From Chitinophagales bacterium (GTDB lineage: Bacteria; Bacteroidota; Bacteroidia; Chitinophagales; Saprospiraceae), in NCBI GenBank assembly GCA_038203965.1, contig JBBRDL010000001.1:1-58905 (forward strand): a stretch of 58,905 nt of DNA. Reading direction: 5' to 3'. The number at the start of each line of letters is the position of its first letter. Within the stretch, counting starts at the first letter, position 1. The notes under the pieces are model-generated. The model saw only the letters and a list, made by a program, of their open reading frames with translations, ran no database searches and had not been told where the DNA came from. Shown piece by piece: positions 9,485 through 19,321 of the stretch. The position numbers and the translations under genes are program-made.

Positions 9485-9934
9485 ATGACTAGGATTCATA
9501 TGAAATCAATACGAGATATCCATCCTGACTTTCTTCATCTGTTACAGTTCAAAGATCAGCATGTAATAAAGCTGTTTTTAGATGTGCGAACATACATTCT
9601 CGAAATAAATCCTGAATGCAACGAGTTGGTATAACATACCCATGCATTGACTTCCGTATACTCGCTTTCAGAAAAACTATCTGATGCATTTTGTTTGCTT
9701 CCGATCTATACCAAGCACGTAAATTTAGACTTCAACAAAGGAACCTTACTTCACGACCCGCACAAATTGCTGATCGGTACTGGACATCTGATCCGCCATA
9801 TACCTATTACGAAGACATCAGACTACAGAAATAAAAAAGTAAAAGATCTCATCAAATTTTCCATTGACTTTGCGATCCGGGACATGAACAAGCCGGCAAA
9901 AAATGTTGGCCAGACCATTTCAAATATTAAGTAA
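9485..9934 (+). pseudogene. DUF1801 (YdhG-like) gene interrupted by an in-frame TAA
   Basis: ATG at 9485 and ORF 9647-9934 are in the same frame, separated by a single TAA at 9632-9634 (...NPECNELV*HTHALTSVYSL...). The joined product has DUF1801-like features (KHVNLDFNKGTLLHDPHKLL.GTG...RHIPI). Confidence 0.5.
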
Positions 9935-10486
9935 GTATTGTGTCTATCTGAAATCGTAATTCGTCCTTTTGCCAGAATAGATTAGGCTGTTTCTGCATTT
10001 AAAAAAAACTCTCTATCAGGAAATAATCCTGGTGCAAGAGTTTAATTGGTTTTTTGATTCGTGCCACATTATGTTGAATTGAAAATACGGGGAGCCATTT
10101 TTTACACGATATTTAATTTTAACGCTTCCCCACCCTTTTTAAATTACCATTTTTCACTATAGGATGGTTCCTCGAAATCAAAACCCCAGCAACCTTCTCA
10201 GGCAACGATAATGGCCTGACTCTCGTTGTCCTTATCACAAGCGGGGCATCGCGCAAGGATAAAGACTATAAATAAAATTGCTTTAAATTTTTTAAGTTAC
10301 GAATAGTTTATTGAGTTATTAATTGATGGCACAAACATATCAAGACCAGAATACGGATGGAAAAGGTATTGCGTATCAGACCTATTTTTTTGAATCTGTG
10401 TATGATATATATCAGGGTTGACAGTGACTATGCTTCATTTGATATCCATCTCCTTCCAATATCTTTGTTGTCCAATGTAAACCTGT

Positions 10487-11080
10487 ATGATAGAGGTCTA
10501 TTTTAATCAGATTGTCAGCTTTATGGCTGAACCCTGGCCATGGTACGTGGCAGGGCCTTTGTTGGCCTTGGTGATGTTTATTCTTCTGTATTTCGGTCAT
10601 GAATTTGGGATATCCGAAAATTTCCGATTGATGTGCGCTGCGGACGGAGCGGATCAGATGAATGAGTTTTTCAAAATTGACTGGCGTTCCGGAGAGTGGA
10701 ATTTGCTCGTGGCCCTTGGAGCAGTATTTGGGGGTTACTTAGCCTCGCATTATTTTCTTGGCCCTAATGGTGACATTGCGCACATTAGTGAAGCTACTGT
10801 GACATCGCTCAACCAAATCGGCATCAATGTGACACTTGGTGCAGTCCCCATGGTACCTGATTTTATCGGATGGCGAGCCCTGCTTACCTGGCAAGGCCTG
10901 TTGATGATCGTGGGTGGCGGTTTTCTGGTTGGCTTCGGTGCCCGATACGCAGGAGGATGCACTTCAGGTCATGCGATCAGCGGACTTTCTGCGCTGCAAC
11001 TTCCTTCCTTATATGCCGTGATTGGCTTTTTTATGGGTGGACTTGTCGTCACCTATTTCGTGATTCCATTTCTTTTTTAA
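10487..11080 (+). CDS. YeeE/YedE family sulfur-compound transporter component
   Basis: PWPWYVAGPLLAL N-terminus and GGCTSGHAISG motif. The start may be the second ATG at 10523. Confidence 0.75.
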   Translation: MIEVYFNQIVSFMAEPWPWYVAGPLLALVMFILLYFGHEFGISENFRLMCAADGADQMNEFFKIDWRSGEWNLLVALGAVFGGYLASHYFLGPNGDIAHISEATVTSLNQIGINVTLGAVPMVPDFIGWRALLTWQGLLMIVGGGFLVGFGARYAGGCTSGHAISGLSALQLPSLYAVIGFFMGGLVVTYFVIPFLF

Positions 11081-11100
11081 TTCCACAAAACGCTGACGAT

Positions 11101-11514
11101 ATGCGAATGTCAAGATATATTTTCGTAGGGATCCTGCTCGGTTTCATCCTTTATAAAAGTGAAGCTGTGTCATGGTTCAGAATTTACGAAATGTTCAGGT
11201 TTCAAAGCTTCCATATGTTCGGGACTATTGGGTCCGCTATCATCTCCGGAATCATCATCATCCAGATCATCAAACGGAAACACCTTAAGAATGTAGAAGG
11301 AAATGAAATCACCATCAAAGACAAAGCAAAATCACTCCCACGCTATATCCTTGGTGGATTCATCTTCGGCTGCGGATGGGCGCTGGCAGGCGCATGTCCT
11401 GCCCCAATGTTTATCTTGCTTGGTTCCGGTCACACTGTATTTATAGCATACCTGATAGCCGCCATGACGGGGACATTTGTATATGGAAAACTAAGGAAAA
11501 GTATTCCGCATTGA
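11101..11514 (+). CDS. YeeE/YedE-like membrane protein (second half-size partner)
   Basis: ATG at 11101 gives MRMSRYIFVGILLGFILYKSE... with GCGWALAGACP. The longer track ORF (10870) overlaps the previous gene in another frame. Confidence 0.7.
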   Translation: MRMSRYIFVGILLGFILYKSEAVSWFRIYEMFRFQSFHMFGTIGSAIISGIIIIQIIKRKHLKNVEGNEITIKDKAKSLPRYILGGFIFGCGWALAGACPAPMFILLGSGHTVFIAYLIAAMTGTFVYGKLRKSIPH

Positions 11515-11553
11515 AAGTACAACGTGGGTATGTGTCCTTTTTCTGAATATAAA

Positions 11554-13584
11554 CTACTGTACAACAAATAACCTGGAAAAAATGCTAACAGAGGTATGCG
11601 CATCCAGGACGTAAACCCCTGGTGATAGTGTATGAATATCAATAGTTGTTTTTGAGCCTTCTCCCCTTTTCCTTTGAACCAACCGGCCCGTGAGATCACG
11701 AATTTCATACGATACATCTACCGCATCTTCCATTTCTACAATAAGTATGTTGGTTGCCGGATTGGGATTGAAACGGAAATTTAAAGCCGGGTCCTTTCCT
11801 AAAGGTGTTGAGGTGGTCACTTCATCACAACCTCTCGTCAAAGCAAAGGCTGAATCAAGCTCAGTCAGATTGACTCCTATATCCTCCCCATCGTCCCCTG
11901 CTTTATAATATGGGCTGCTTAGAGAAAGTGCATAACCATGATAGTCAAGGGATGCTCCGGCATAATCTTCAAAACCTACCGCTAAGGCATCCGGGGGAAA
12001 ATAATTTTCACTAGTTGAATTGAAGTTGGAATACCTGGCCTCGTTTCCACCAATCAGTACATTCTGATGGAAATGTTGGTTGGCATCTGTAATATCCGGA
12101 AAATATTCCTGTATGGTATTATTTCCCTGCGACTGACCAGGTCCATAGATTCCCTGGTAACCACCTGTTGAAATAAAGCTATGTGAAAGATTGTGAGTAT
12201 AGACAAAACTATCCGTCACACCATAGGCCCAAGTCACTGGACCACTCTGAAAAATAGAATTGTGTGTAACAATAACATCCCGGGGTACACCAATTTTTAG
12301 AAAGGTGCCATCATTCGGCCCGAAAATATTTTGATCACCAAATGAGGGGCCGTTGATGTCGTCGAAGAGATTGTTTGAAATCATAATCCGTGATGACCGA
12401 TTACTTTGCGTTTGATCAGCACCTGAAAGGGAAATTCCAGCGCCAACGTGCCGAATGATATTATTCGTGATCAGTACATCACTGACATCAGCTTGTGGAG
12501 CAGCTCCCCCTTCTGTACGCACGGTCAGCAGTATCGCATAACCGCTCTGACCTATTGGCAGATCAGCCCAACAGTTTTCCATAATATTACCATCAAGCCA
12601 AACTCTCTTTCCTGTTTTTAATTCAAAAAGATTTTTGATCGTCCAGTGTTTGCCAGCATACTCGGGATGACCCACACGCCATGACCACGGCTTAAACATG
12701 TGATTATTCCTGACTTCAATATCGGAAGGCACCAGCCCCGGAATGGAAGGCGCGCCACCCCCGATCAGAATATTTTCCCCTGAAGCCTCAAGGTAATTGT
12801 TGAGAATCCTGAAGGGCCCGGGTCCATTGATACAAGAGATCGCCTGGGCATCAAATCCGATGCTATGAAAATCGCTTATATACGATTCAATGATCGCAGC
12901 ATGAGCACAATCAAGGCGAATGCCATACTTCATCACCGTTGCTTCAGTATGACCATGAATAAAACAGCGGTCTACAACAAGATGATGTGGCACCAACTCC
13001 AGATTGTTTTGTTGTGAAGAGGTCTCCCCAAGGTTTATCAAACCGAAACTTTGAATTACACTTACATCAGCAGTGATTTCAAGTCCGCAGAGCCTGAAAT
13101 GGTGCGCATTGGCTTGCGTCCTGAAACAAGGAATGCCAGATAAATTATTTGTCACAATCTTAGGCATTGCGCTGGATTGGGTAGGGAATAACTTATCCCC
13201 CGTCTGTCCGGAAGGCTCTATCCTTGATTCATCTTCAGGTAGTAATTCCATTTGTGAAGAAGTGATGATGATCCATTCATCCCCTGCTCCTTTAGCAGGA
13301 AGCGTAAATCCTCCATAGAAGGTTGTCCCGGCATCCAATACCAGCACAGAACCTAAAGGTGCGGCATCAAGTGCGTCCTGCAGATTATCAAAATCCCTGT
13401 CTACCGGTCCAACTGTGATCCTAAGGTATCCGGCTGTGTCTGGAAAACAGGTGATCACATCCGAAGTGTTTGGAAGAGCAGGCATTTCCTGGGCCGCCGC
13501 GAAAGCACGATAGAAGAAAATGGCGTGGAAAAAAAGAATCCATCGTATATAAGCGCCCAGTTTTAATTGTCCTTGAATACCCAT
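11554..13584 (-). CDS. secreted right-handed beta-helix protein with T9SS C-terminal domain
   Basis: Signal peptide. Repeated N..I/V..G turns (ITNNIIRHVGAGISLSG, ISNNLFDDI, VTHNSIF). C-terminus FNPNPATNILIVEM...LSPGVYVL. Confidence 0.7.
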   Translation of the reverse strand: MGIQGQLKLGAYIRWILFFHAIFFYRAFAAAQEMPALPNTSDVITCFPDTAGYLRITVGPVDRDFDNLQDALDAAPLGSVLVLDAGTTFYGGFTLPAKGAGDEWIIITSSQMELLPEDESRIEPSGQTGDKLFPTQSSAMPKIVTNNLSGIPCFRTQANAHHFRLCGLEITADVSVIQSFGLINLGETSSQQNNLELVPHHLVVDRCFIHGHTEATVMKYGIRLDCAHAAIIESYISDFHSIGFDAQAISCINGPGPFRILNNYLEASGENILIGGGAPSIPGLVPSDIEVRNNHMFKPWSWRVGHPEYAGKHWTIKNLFELKTGKRVWLDGNIMENCWADLPIGQSGYAILLTVRTEGGAAPQADVSDVLITNNIIRHVGAGISLSGADQTQSNRSSRIMISNNLFDDINGPSFGDQNIFGPNDGTFLKIGVPRDVIVTHNSIFQSGPVTWAYGVTDSFVYTHNLSHSFISTGGYQGIYGPGQSQGNNTIQEYFPDITDANQHFHQNVLIGGNEARYSNFNSTSENYFPPDALAVGFEDYAGASLDYHGYALSLSSPYYKAGDDGEDIGVNLTELDSAFALTRGCDEVTTSTPLGKDPALNFRFNPNPATNILIVEMEDAVDVSYEIRDLTGRLVQRKRGEGSKTTIDIHTLSPGVYVLDAHTSVSIFSRLFVVQ

Positions 13585-13799
13585 GGATTAAAGAAAAGAA
13601 AAATAACTGAATGTGGTCATGCTGTTAATCAATTACGTAGACGCAAATGATATCAATCTTATTAAACGCTTGAAGTATTGAAATTAAGTGAATGCCAGTT
13701 GATAGCTATCCTATTTCGTAAATGACACAAATACTGCGTAATTGACCGATGTCGTTTAAAAATAAGCTTGCCTCGGCAGGAAAAAATTAACTTCACCCC

Positions 13800-14999
13800 A
13801 TGTCAGAAGCTCAACCCTCCCTTCCTGTCTTAACCAACAGGATCTACTCTATTGATCTGTTGCGCGGCTTAGTCATGATCCTCATGGCCCTTGATCATAC
13901 CCGTGATTTCTTTCATGCAGATGCATTTACTCAAAATCCACTGGATCCCATGACGACCACCCCGTTTTTATTCTTCACCAGATTTATCACCCATTACTGT
14001 GCACCGGTTTTTATCTTCCTTGCCGGCATATCCATCTACCTTCAGTCTCTTCGCAAAAGCAAGGCTGAACTAAGTGAATTTCTGGTTAAGCGGGGGCTTT
14101 GGTTGATTTTTGTGGAGGCTGTCATCATCACCTTCGCGTGGACATTTGATATTACCTACAGTGTTTTTATCCTGCAGGTGATCTGGGCCATTGGTATCTG
14201 TATGGTATTGATGGGTATCGTCATACGCCTTCCGTTCATGGCCATCCTGATTGCAGGACTCTTGATTATGTTGGGTCATAATATTTTTGATTATGTGGAG
14301 AGTACACACCATGGTTTGTGGTGGGATTTGATACGGAACGGAAACTTTGCGTTTCATCCACTACCTGGAGGTAGTCAGATCGGGATCATCTATCCTTTTC
14401 TTCCATGGCTGGGACTGATGATGATAGGCTATTGCTGTGGCACCATCTATAACCCAAGCTTTAATGCAACGCAACGAAGAAATATACTGCTTTACACCGG
14501 AATAGGGTTGATCCTGTTTTTTACACTATTACGGTATTTAAATGTTTACGGCGACCCTGTTCCGTGGTCCGTCCATGACCATACCACGTCTACCATCTTG
14601 TCCTTTTTAAATGTGCATAAATATCCACCCTCACTTCTGTTTTTATGCATCACCATAGGACCTGCACTAGTCTTTCTTTCCCTCTTTGAACGTGCGCACA
14701 GCAAAGTGACGAGCATCATCAGTGTATATGGGCGTGTTCCGTTTTTCTATTACATCCTCCATTTCTACATACTGCACACATTGTGTATGATCCTTTTTCT
14801 GGCCCGCGGACATACGTTTTCAGAAGGACTGCAAAATGTTGCCGGTATTCCATTCCTCTTTCTTGTTCCGGGTGAAGGTTATTCTATAGGTATCGTCTAT
14901 TTGATCTGGATCCTTGTTGTGGTGGCATTGTATCCACTCTGCCGATGGTTTAGTGCATTGAAGAAACGGAGCACCCATTGGGCCTTGAGTTATCTGTGA
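13800..14999 (+). CDS. DUF1624 / heparan-alpha-glucosaminide N-acetyltransferase-like membrane protein
   Basis: RIYSIDLLRGLVMILMALDHTRDFF N-terminus and a polytopic membrane profile. Confidence 0.7.
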   Translation: MSEAQPSLPVLTNRIYSIDLLRGLVMILMALDHTRDFFHADAFTQNPLDPMTTTPFLFFTRFITHYCAPVFIFLAGISIYLQSLRKSKAELSEFLVKRGLWLIFVEAVIITFAWTFDITYSVFILQVIWAIGICMVLMGIVIRLPFMAILIAGLLIMLGHNIFDYVESTHHGLWWDLIRNGNFAFHPLPGGSQIGIIYPFLPWLGLMMIGYCCGTIYNPSFNATQRRNILLYTGIGLILFFTLLRYLNVYGDPVPWSVHDHTTSTILSFLNVHKYPPSLLFLCITIGPALVFLSLFERAHSKVTSIISVYGRVPFFYYILHFYILHTLCMILFLARGHTFSEGLQNVAGIPFLFLVPGEGYSIGIVYLIWILVVVALYPLCRWFSALKKRSTHWALSYL

Positions 15000-15148
15000 A
15001 GTTGCTTTAGCTCCCAGCTTCCAGAGTTCACGGACCACGTGTAAAGTATGAGCAAATGGTCAGCTTAAACTGTTTCCAGGATGTTTATTTGATCATTAAA
15101 CTTTCTTTACAAGCCTACCGCCAATTTTCACTAATTTGTAACTCACCA

Positions 15149-15293
15149 CTCTCGTCTTACATCTTACATCTCACCTCTTACATCTTACATCTCACATCTT
15201 ACCTCTTACCTCTTACACCTCTTACATCTAACCTCTTACACCTCTTACCTCTTACACCTCTTACACCTCTTACACCTCTTACCTCTTACATCT
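15149..15293 (-). repeat. about 19 tandem 7-9 nt units; minus-sense GTAAGAG / GTGTAAGAG
   Basis: + strand reads TCTTACA TCTTACA TCTCACC ... TCTTACACC. The array begins directly after the ftsE-like stop codon on the minus strand. Confidence 0.9.
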
Positions 15294-15964
15294 CAATCCA
15301 TCTCTTCAACCGTTCCTCCTGCTACACGGTATACCCGACCTGGAAATCTTTCAATGATTTGCGTATTGTGCGTCGCCATGAGAATGGCCGTGTGGTATTC
15401 CATAGCAAGCTTGCGCATCAACTGAAGAATGGAGTCCGCCGTTTCCGGATCAAGATGACCAGTCGGCTCATCGGCTAAAATAATCTGAGGTTTGTTGAGT
15501 ACGGCTCTTGCGATGACAGCTCGTTGTTGTTCGCCACCGGAGAGCTGGTGGACTGGTCTGTTGATCTGGTCAGTGAGCTGGACATCCGTACATACTTCCG
15601 ATATGATCCTGTCCTGTTCCCCCCGGTCATTGGTACCCGTGGCATCTAACACAAACCGGAGATTTTCATCAACACTCCATTGAGGGAAGAGTTGAAAATC
15701 CTGAAATACCATGCCTACGCTCCTCCGAAGTACAGGAATCGTCGCTGATTCAAGTTTCGTCAGGGAAATACCGGCCACCTGGCCATCGCCTTCTCTGAGT
15801 GGAAGATCGCCCCAGAGGGTCCGCATCAAGGAACTTTTCCCACTTCCGGTCTTGCCGATCAGGTAGACAAATTCCGCCTGGCTAACCGACAAATTGACAT
15901 CCCTGAGCACTTTTACGCCTTCCTGGAAGATTCCGGCATTTTTTAGACTTACTATTTCTTTCAT
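15293..15964 (-). CDS. ftsE: FtsE-like ABC transporter ATP-binding protein
   Basis: Walker A GKTGSGKSS, signature LSGGEQQR, Walker B ILADEPTGHLD; 223 aa. No permease partner is adjacent. Confidence 0.75.
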   Translation of the reverse strand: MKEIVSLKNAGIFQEGVKVLRDVNLSVSQAEFVYLIGKTGSGKSSLMRTLWGDLPLREGDGQVAGISLTKLESATIPVLRRSVGMVFQDFQLFPQWSVDENLRFVLDATGTNDRGEQDRIISEVCTDVQLTDQINRPVHQLSGGEQQRAVIARAVLNKPQIILADEPTGHLDPETADSILQLMRKLAMEYHTAILMATHNTQIIERFPGRVYRVAGGTVEEMD

Positions 15965-16077
15965 GCGTTATATTCAAACCTTTCTATTCACAAATCGTTT
16001 TTGATGAAATACCCGCTTACTGGCTATTTTGCCGTAAATTTGCACAAAGATTCAATAGGAACGTGGATAACCCGCAA

Positions 16078-16488
16078 ATGAATACCCGAAGAAGATTCAA
16101 ACTCATGCCCGCATTAATCCTTGTGCTCATGGCAGCAGGGGTCGTGATGTTGATTTCGGCATCGAAGGACATGAGTACATACAGCACATTCGCCCAGGTC
16201 AAACGCTCGGGTGAAACGTCAAAAGTCGTAGGTGTGCTGGCCAAAGACAAACCCATGTATTACAATGCGGAGGAAAACCCGAATCTTTTCCGTTTTCACA
16301 TGACCGATCAGCAAGGTGAAGTCCACGAAGTCACCCTAAACGCAGCCAAACCACAGGATTTTGAGCTCAGCGAACAGGTTGTAGCCACCGGAACATTTAT
16401 TGGTGATGAGTTTGTCGCCTCCAGCATTCTGATGAAGTGCCCTTCAAAGTATAAAAACGAAGAGGTCCTGGTCAGAAGCAATATGTAA
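16078..16488 (+). CDS. ccmE: cytochrome c maturation heme chaperone CcmE, CxxxY variant
   Basis: N-terminal membrane anchor, OB-fold-like body, and a C-terminal CPSKY in place of the canonical HxxxY heme-binding motif. ATG at 16078; the track start at 16063 is GTG. Confidence 0.75.
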   Translation: MNTRRRFKLMPALILVLMAAGVVMLISASKDMSTYSTFAQVKRSGETSKVVGVLAKDKPMYYNAEENPNLFRFHMTDQQGEVHEVTLNAAKPQDFELSEQVVATGTFIGDEFVASSILMKCPSKYKNEEVLVRSNM

Positions 16489-16494
16489 CCATCC

Positions 16495-19302
16495 ATGCAG
16501 GACATTCAATATATTGGTGAGCATCTCCTCCCGGGCCGCTTAGGTCATTTCTTTATTCTGGCTGCTTTTGTTTCCGCCGTCCTGTCCATACTGTCTTACA
16601 GAAAAACGACACTCCATCCACTTGATACCTCATGGTTACGCCTGAGTCGTATTTCCTGGGCCATCCATTCCTTTTCTATACTGGCAGTCATCGGTATCAT
16701 TTTTTATCTGATGATCAACCAGATGTATGAATACAAGTACGCCTGGGATCACGTCTCGGCCGATCTCCCTATGAAGTACATCTTCTCCGCCTTTTGGGAA
16801 GGACAGGAAGGTAGCTTCCTACTGTGGATGTTCTGGCATGTGGTATTAGGCTCTGTAGTTGTATTGACAGCCAAACGCTGGGAACCTGGCGTCATGACAT
16901 GGCTCAGCGTAGTTCAACTCATCCTGGTGTCCATGATTGCCGGTGTGTATTTCGCTGATGATTTCAGAATGGGTAGCAGTCCTTTTCTTTTGCTCAGAGA
17001 CACCTTGCAAGCCCCTGTCTTCAACAATCCTAATTATCTCTCCCTGGTCGAAGGCAATGGACTCAATCCACTTTTGCAAAATTATTGGATGACGATACAT
17101 CCGCCTACCCTTTTCCTTGGATTTGCATCGGTGACGATTCCATTCTGTTTTGCGATGACAGGATTATGGGAAAAACAACATACCGCCTGGCTCAAACCCG
17201 TGATGACGTGGACCTTGTTTTCTACAGGCATTCTCGGACTGGGTATTTTGATGGGTGGTGCCTGGGCATACGAAGCGTTGAGTTTCGGAGGTTATTGGGC
17301 ATGGGATCCGGTCGAAAATATGTCACTCGTTCCATGGATCGTTTTATTGGCCGCACTTCATGGCAATTTTATAGCGCGACATACCGGCCTGTCCATTAAG
17401 ACAACTTACATCTTCTATATTCTGTCTTTTCTTCTGGTGGTGTATTCTACGTTCCTGACTCGCTCAGGTATCCTCGGAGAGGAAAGCGTACACGCTTTTA
17501 CTGAAATGGGCCTTGAATGGCAACTCGTAGGTTTCATAGGTATTTTCCTTGCCGCTGGAATCTATTTCCTCTGGTCCAGAAATAAATCGATCCCTGTCGT
17601 CCAGAAAGAAGAACAAATCCAGAGCCGTGAATTCTGGATGTTCGTCGGAGCTATGGTACTGATGTTTTCAGCAGTGCTCATTACGTTTTCTACAAGTATA
17701 CCTGTATGGAACAAACTCGTGGATGTCTATGGCTCCATCATGGGCAAAGGAGATATGACGCCGTATCACAAAGCGATGCCGCTGGATCCGATAGATCATC
17801 ATAACAGGTTTCAATTGTGGAATGCGGTGCTGATATCCATACTATCCAGTGTGGCGCTGATGATGCGTTTTGGCGCCATGGGCTGGGCGGAACACAAGAG
17901 CAGGTTTCTGAAACATATCGGTATATCCGCCGCGCTTGGCCTGGTTGTAGCCTATCTTTTCTCTTTATGGATTTTTCTTCCAAGTTGGCAGTATATCGTC
18001 CTGTTGATGGCAGCAAGTTTTGCGATCGTTTCCAACATTGATTACATGATCAATTTTGCAAAGGGCAAACTCACCTCGATGGCTGTTGCATTGGCACATG
18101 GTGGATTTGCGGTGATGTTAGTCGGTATCATGGTCAGTGGGTTAAACAAACGTACGATCAGTCAAAATCGTTTTGCACAGGAAGGGCTGGTCGATGGAAT
18201 GGATGCCGGACAGAATGCTTTTCTGATTAAGGATTTCCCGATGTTTATGAATGACTATTGGGTCACCTACAAATCAGATACGCTCGAAGGACTCACCAGG
18301 AAATACGAAGTTGAGTTTGTTAAAGTGAGTAAAACCGGCGACACGCTGGAACATTTTACAACCTATCCAAATGTCCTCTATGATCGTCAGCTGACAAAAG
18401 TAGCGACCGCCAATCCGAATACGAAACGCTATCTGGACAGGGATGTATTTACGTTTGTATCCGGTCTTCCTCCTGAACAACAAGACAGAGCCAATCTGCA
18501 GAAGATTGACAGTATGTTGGAATATAAACTCCACTATCTCGCCTCCGGAGATATGGCGAAGGTAGGATCCTATAGTGTAAGGCTGGACAGCATCATGCTT
18601 GGCAGTGCACACGTGGAATATGAAAAGGAAACAGACGATCTCGTTCTTTCAGGCATCGTAACAATTTCCGATTCCCTCGGAGAGCGAAGTGAAAAAATAT
18701 ACCCGACACTGATCGTCAGGAAAGGTTTGCTCTATAGCCTCTCTGACCAGGTCAATGATTTTAATATCCGCGCCAGGTTAAAGGCATCTACACTTGATAG
18801 TCTCTTCCCGCTTGATGAACAGCTGTCATTCGAACCGATCATCATCAAAACAGGCCAGACCGTGACCTGGAAAGATCTTGACATCACGATGCAGGGTATT
18901 GACAAAACAATCGATCATCCTAACTACCAATTTATGGAGGGTGACATCGCCATACAGGGCGTCATTTCTATAAAAGGAAAAAACAATAAGACGCATATTG
19001 CACGACCTCTATATTTTATACGGGACGGAGGTGCTTTAAATATGAAAGCATACGTACCTGAAATAGGTGTGCATGTCAAACTGGAACGTATAGATCCGGA
19101 GAAAGAAGAATTTCACCTTTACCTTGCACGTCTTTCATCTGCGCCTGTGTTGCCACTCGAGTTTGCTGAAGATGCTCCGCGTAATGATTATATCGTGCTT
19201 GAAGCCATCCTTTTCCCGGGGATCAATTTATTCTGGGCTGGAAGTCTGATTATGTTGATGGGCATGTTCCTTGGTATGTACAAGCGCCTTCGAAAGAAAT
19301 GA
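16495..19302 (+). CDS. ccmF: heme lyase CcmF/NrfE-family protein with a long C-terminal extension
   Basis: 935 aa, polytopic, with the WWD-type motif WGGYWAWDPVENMSLVPW. Lies directly downstream of ccmE. Confidence 0.8.
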   Translation: MQDIQYIGEHLLPGRLGHFFILAAFVSAVLSILSYRKTTLHPLDTSWLRLSRISWAIHSFSILAVIGIIFYLMINQMYEYKYAWDHVSADLPMKYIFSAFWEGQEGSFLLWMFWHVVLGSVVVLTAKRWEPGVMTWLSVVQLILVSMIAGVYFADDFRMGSSPFLLLRDTLQAPVFNNPNYLSLVEGNGLNPLLQNYWMTIHPPTLFLGFASVTIPFCFAMTGLWEKQHTAWLKPVMTWTLFSTGILGLGILMGGAWAYEALSFGGYWAWDPVENMSLVPWIVLLAALHGNFIARHTGLSIKTTYIFYILSFLLVVYSTFLTRSGILGEESVHAFTEMGLEWQLVGFIGIFLAAGIYFLWSRNKSIPVVQKEEQIQSREFWMFVGAMVLMFSAVLITFSTSIPVWNKLVDVYGSIMGKGDMTPYHKAMPLDPIDHHNRFQLWNAVLISILSSVALMMRFGAMGWAEHKSRFLKHIGISAALGLVVAYLFSLWIFLPSWQYIVLLMAASFAIVSNIDYMINFAKGKLTSMAVALAHGGFAVMLVGIMVSGLNKRTISQNRFAQEGLVDGMDAGQNAFLIKDFPMFMNDYWVTYKSDTLEGLTRKYEVEFVKVSKTGDTLEHFTTYPNVLYDRQLTKVATANPNTKRYLDRDVFTFVSGLPPEQQDRANLQKIDSMLEYKLHYLASGDMAKVGSYSVRLDSIMLGSAHVEYEKETDDLVLSGIVTISDSLGERSEKIYPTLIVRKGLLYSLSDQVNDFNIRARLKASTLDSLFPLDEQLSFEPIIIKTGQTVTWKDLDITMQGIDKTIDHPNYQFMEGDIAIQGVISIKGKNNKTHIARPLYFIRDGGALNMKAYVPEIGVHVKLERIDPEKEEFHLYLARLSSAPVLPLEFAEDAPRNDYIVLEAILFPGINLFWAGSLIMLMGMFLGMYKRLRKK

Positions 19303-19321
19303 TCTCCGCATTAAAAAACCT

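Noticed and set aside
10870-11100. Long N-terminal extensions in the ORF track: second YeeE-like gene (10870), acyl-CoA dehydrogenase (33669), tsaC (38732), Mqn radical SAM (40703), BatA-like (46862), glnII (57266)
   Set aside because: The extensions overlap upstream genes, terminators or repeats, and start at non-ATG codons or upstream of the conserved N-termini. Internal ATGs were chosen instead.
15056-15478. 140-aa + strand ORF translating as LTSYILHLTSYLLPLTPLTS...
   Set aside because: It is the stop-free antisense reading of the 7-9 nt tandem array and then runs antisense into the ftsE-like gene. Its composition is pure repeat.
15293-15964. Possibility that the ABC ATPase is CcmA of the neighbouring cytochrome c maturation genes
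   Set aside because: It is divergently oriented with no CcmB/CcmC next to it, and its sequence blocks look FtsE-like. The question cannot be settled without a profile search, so the gene is annotated as FtsE-like.
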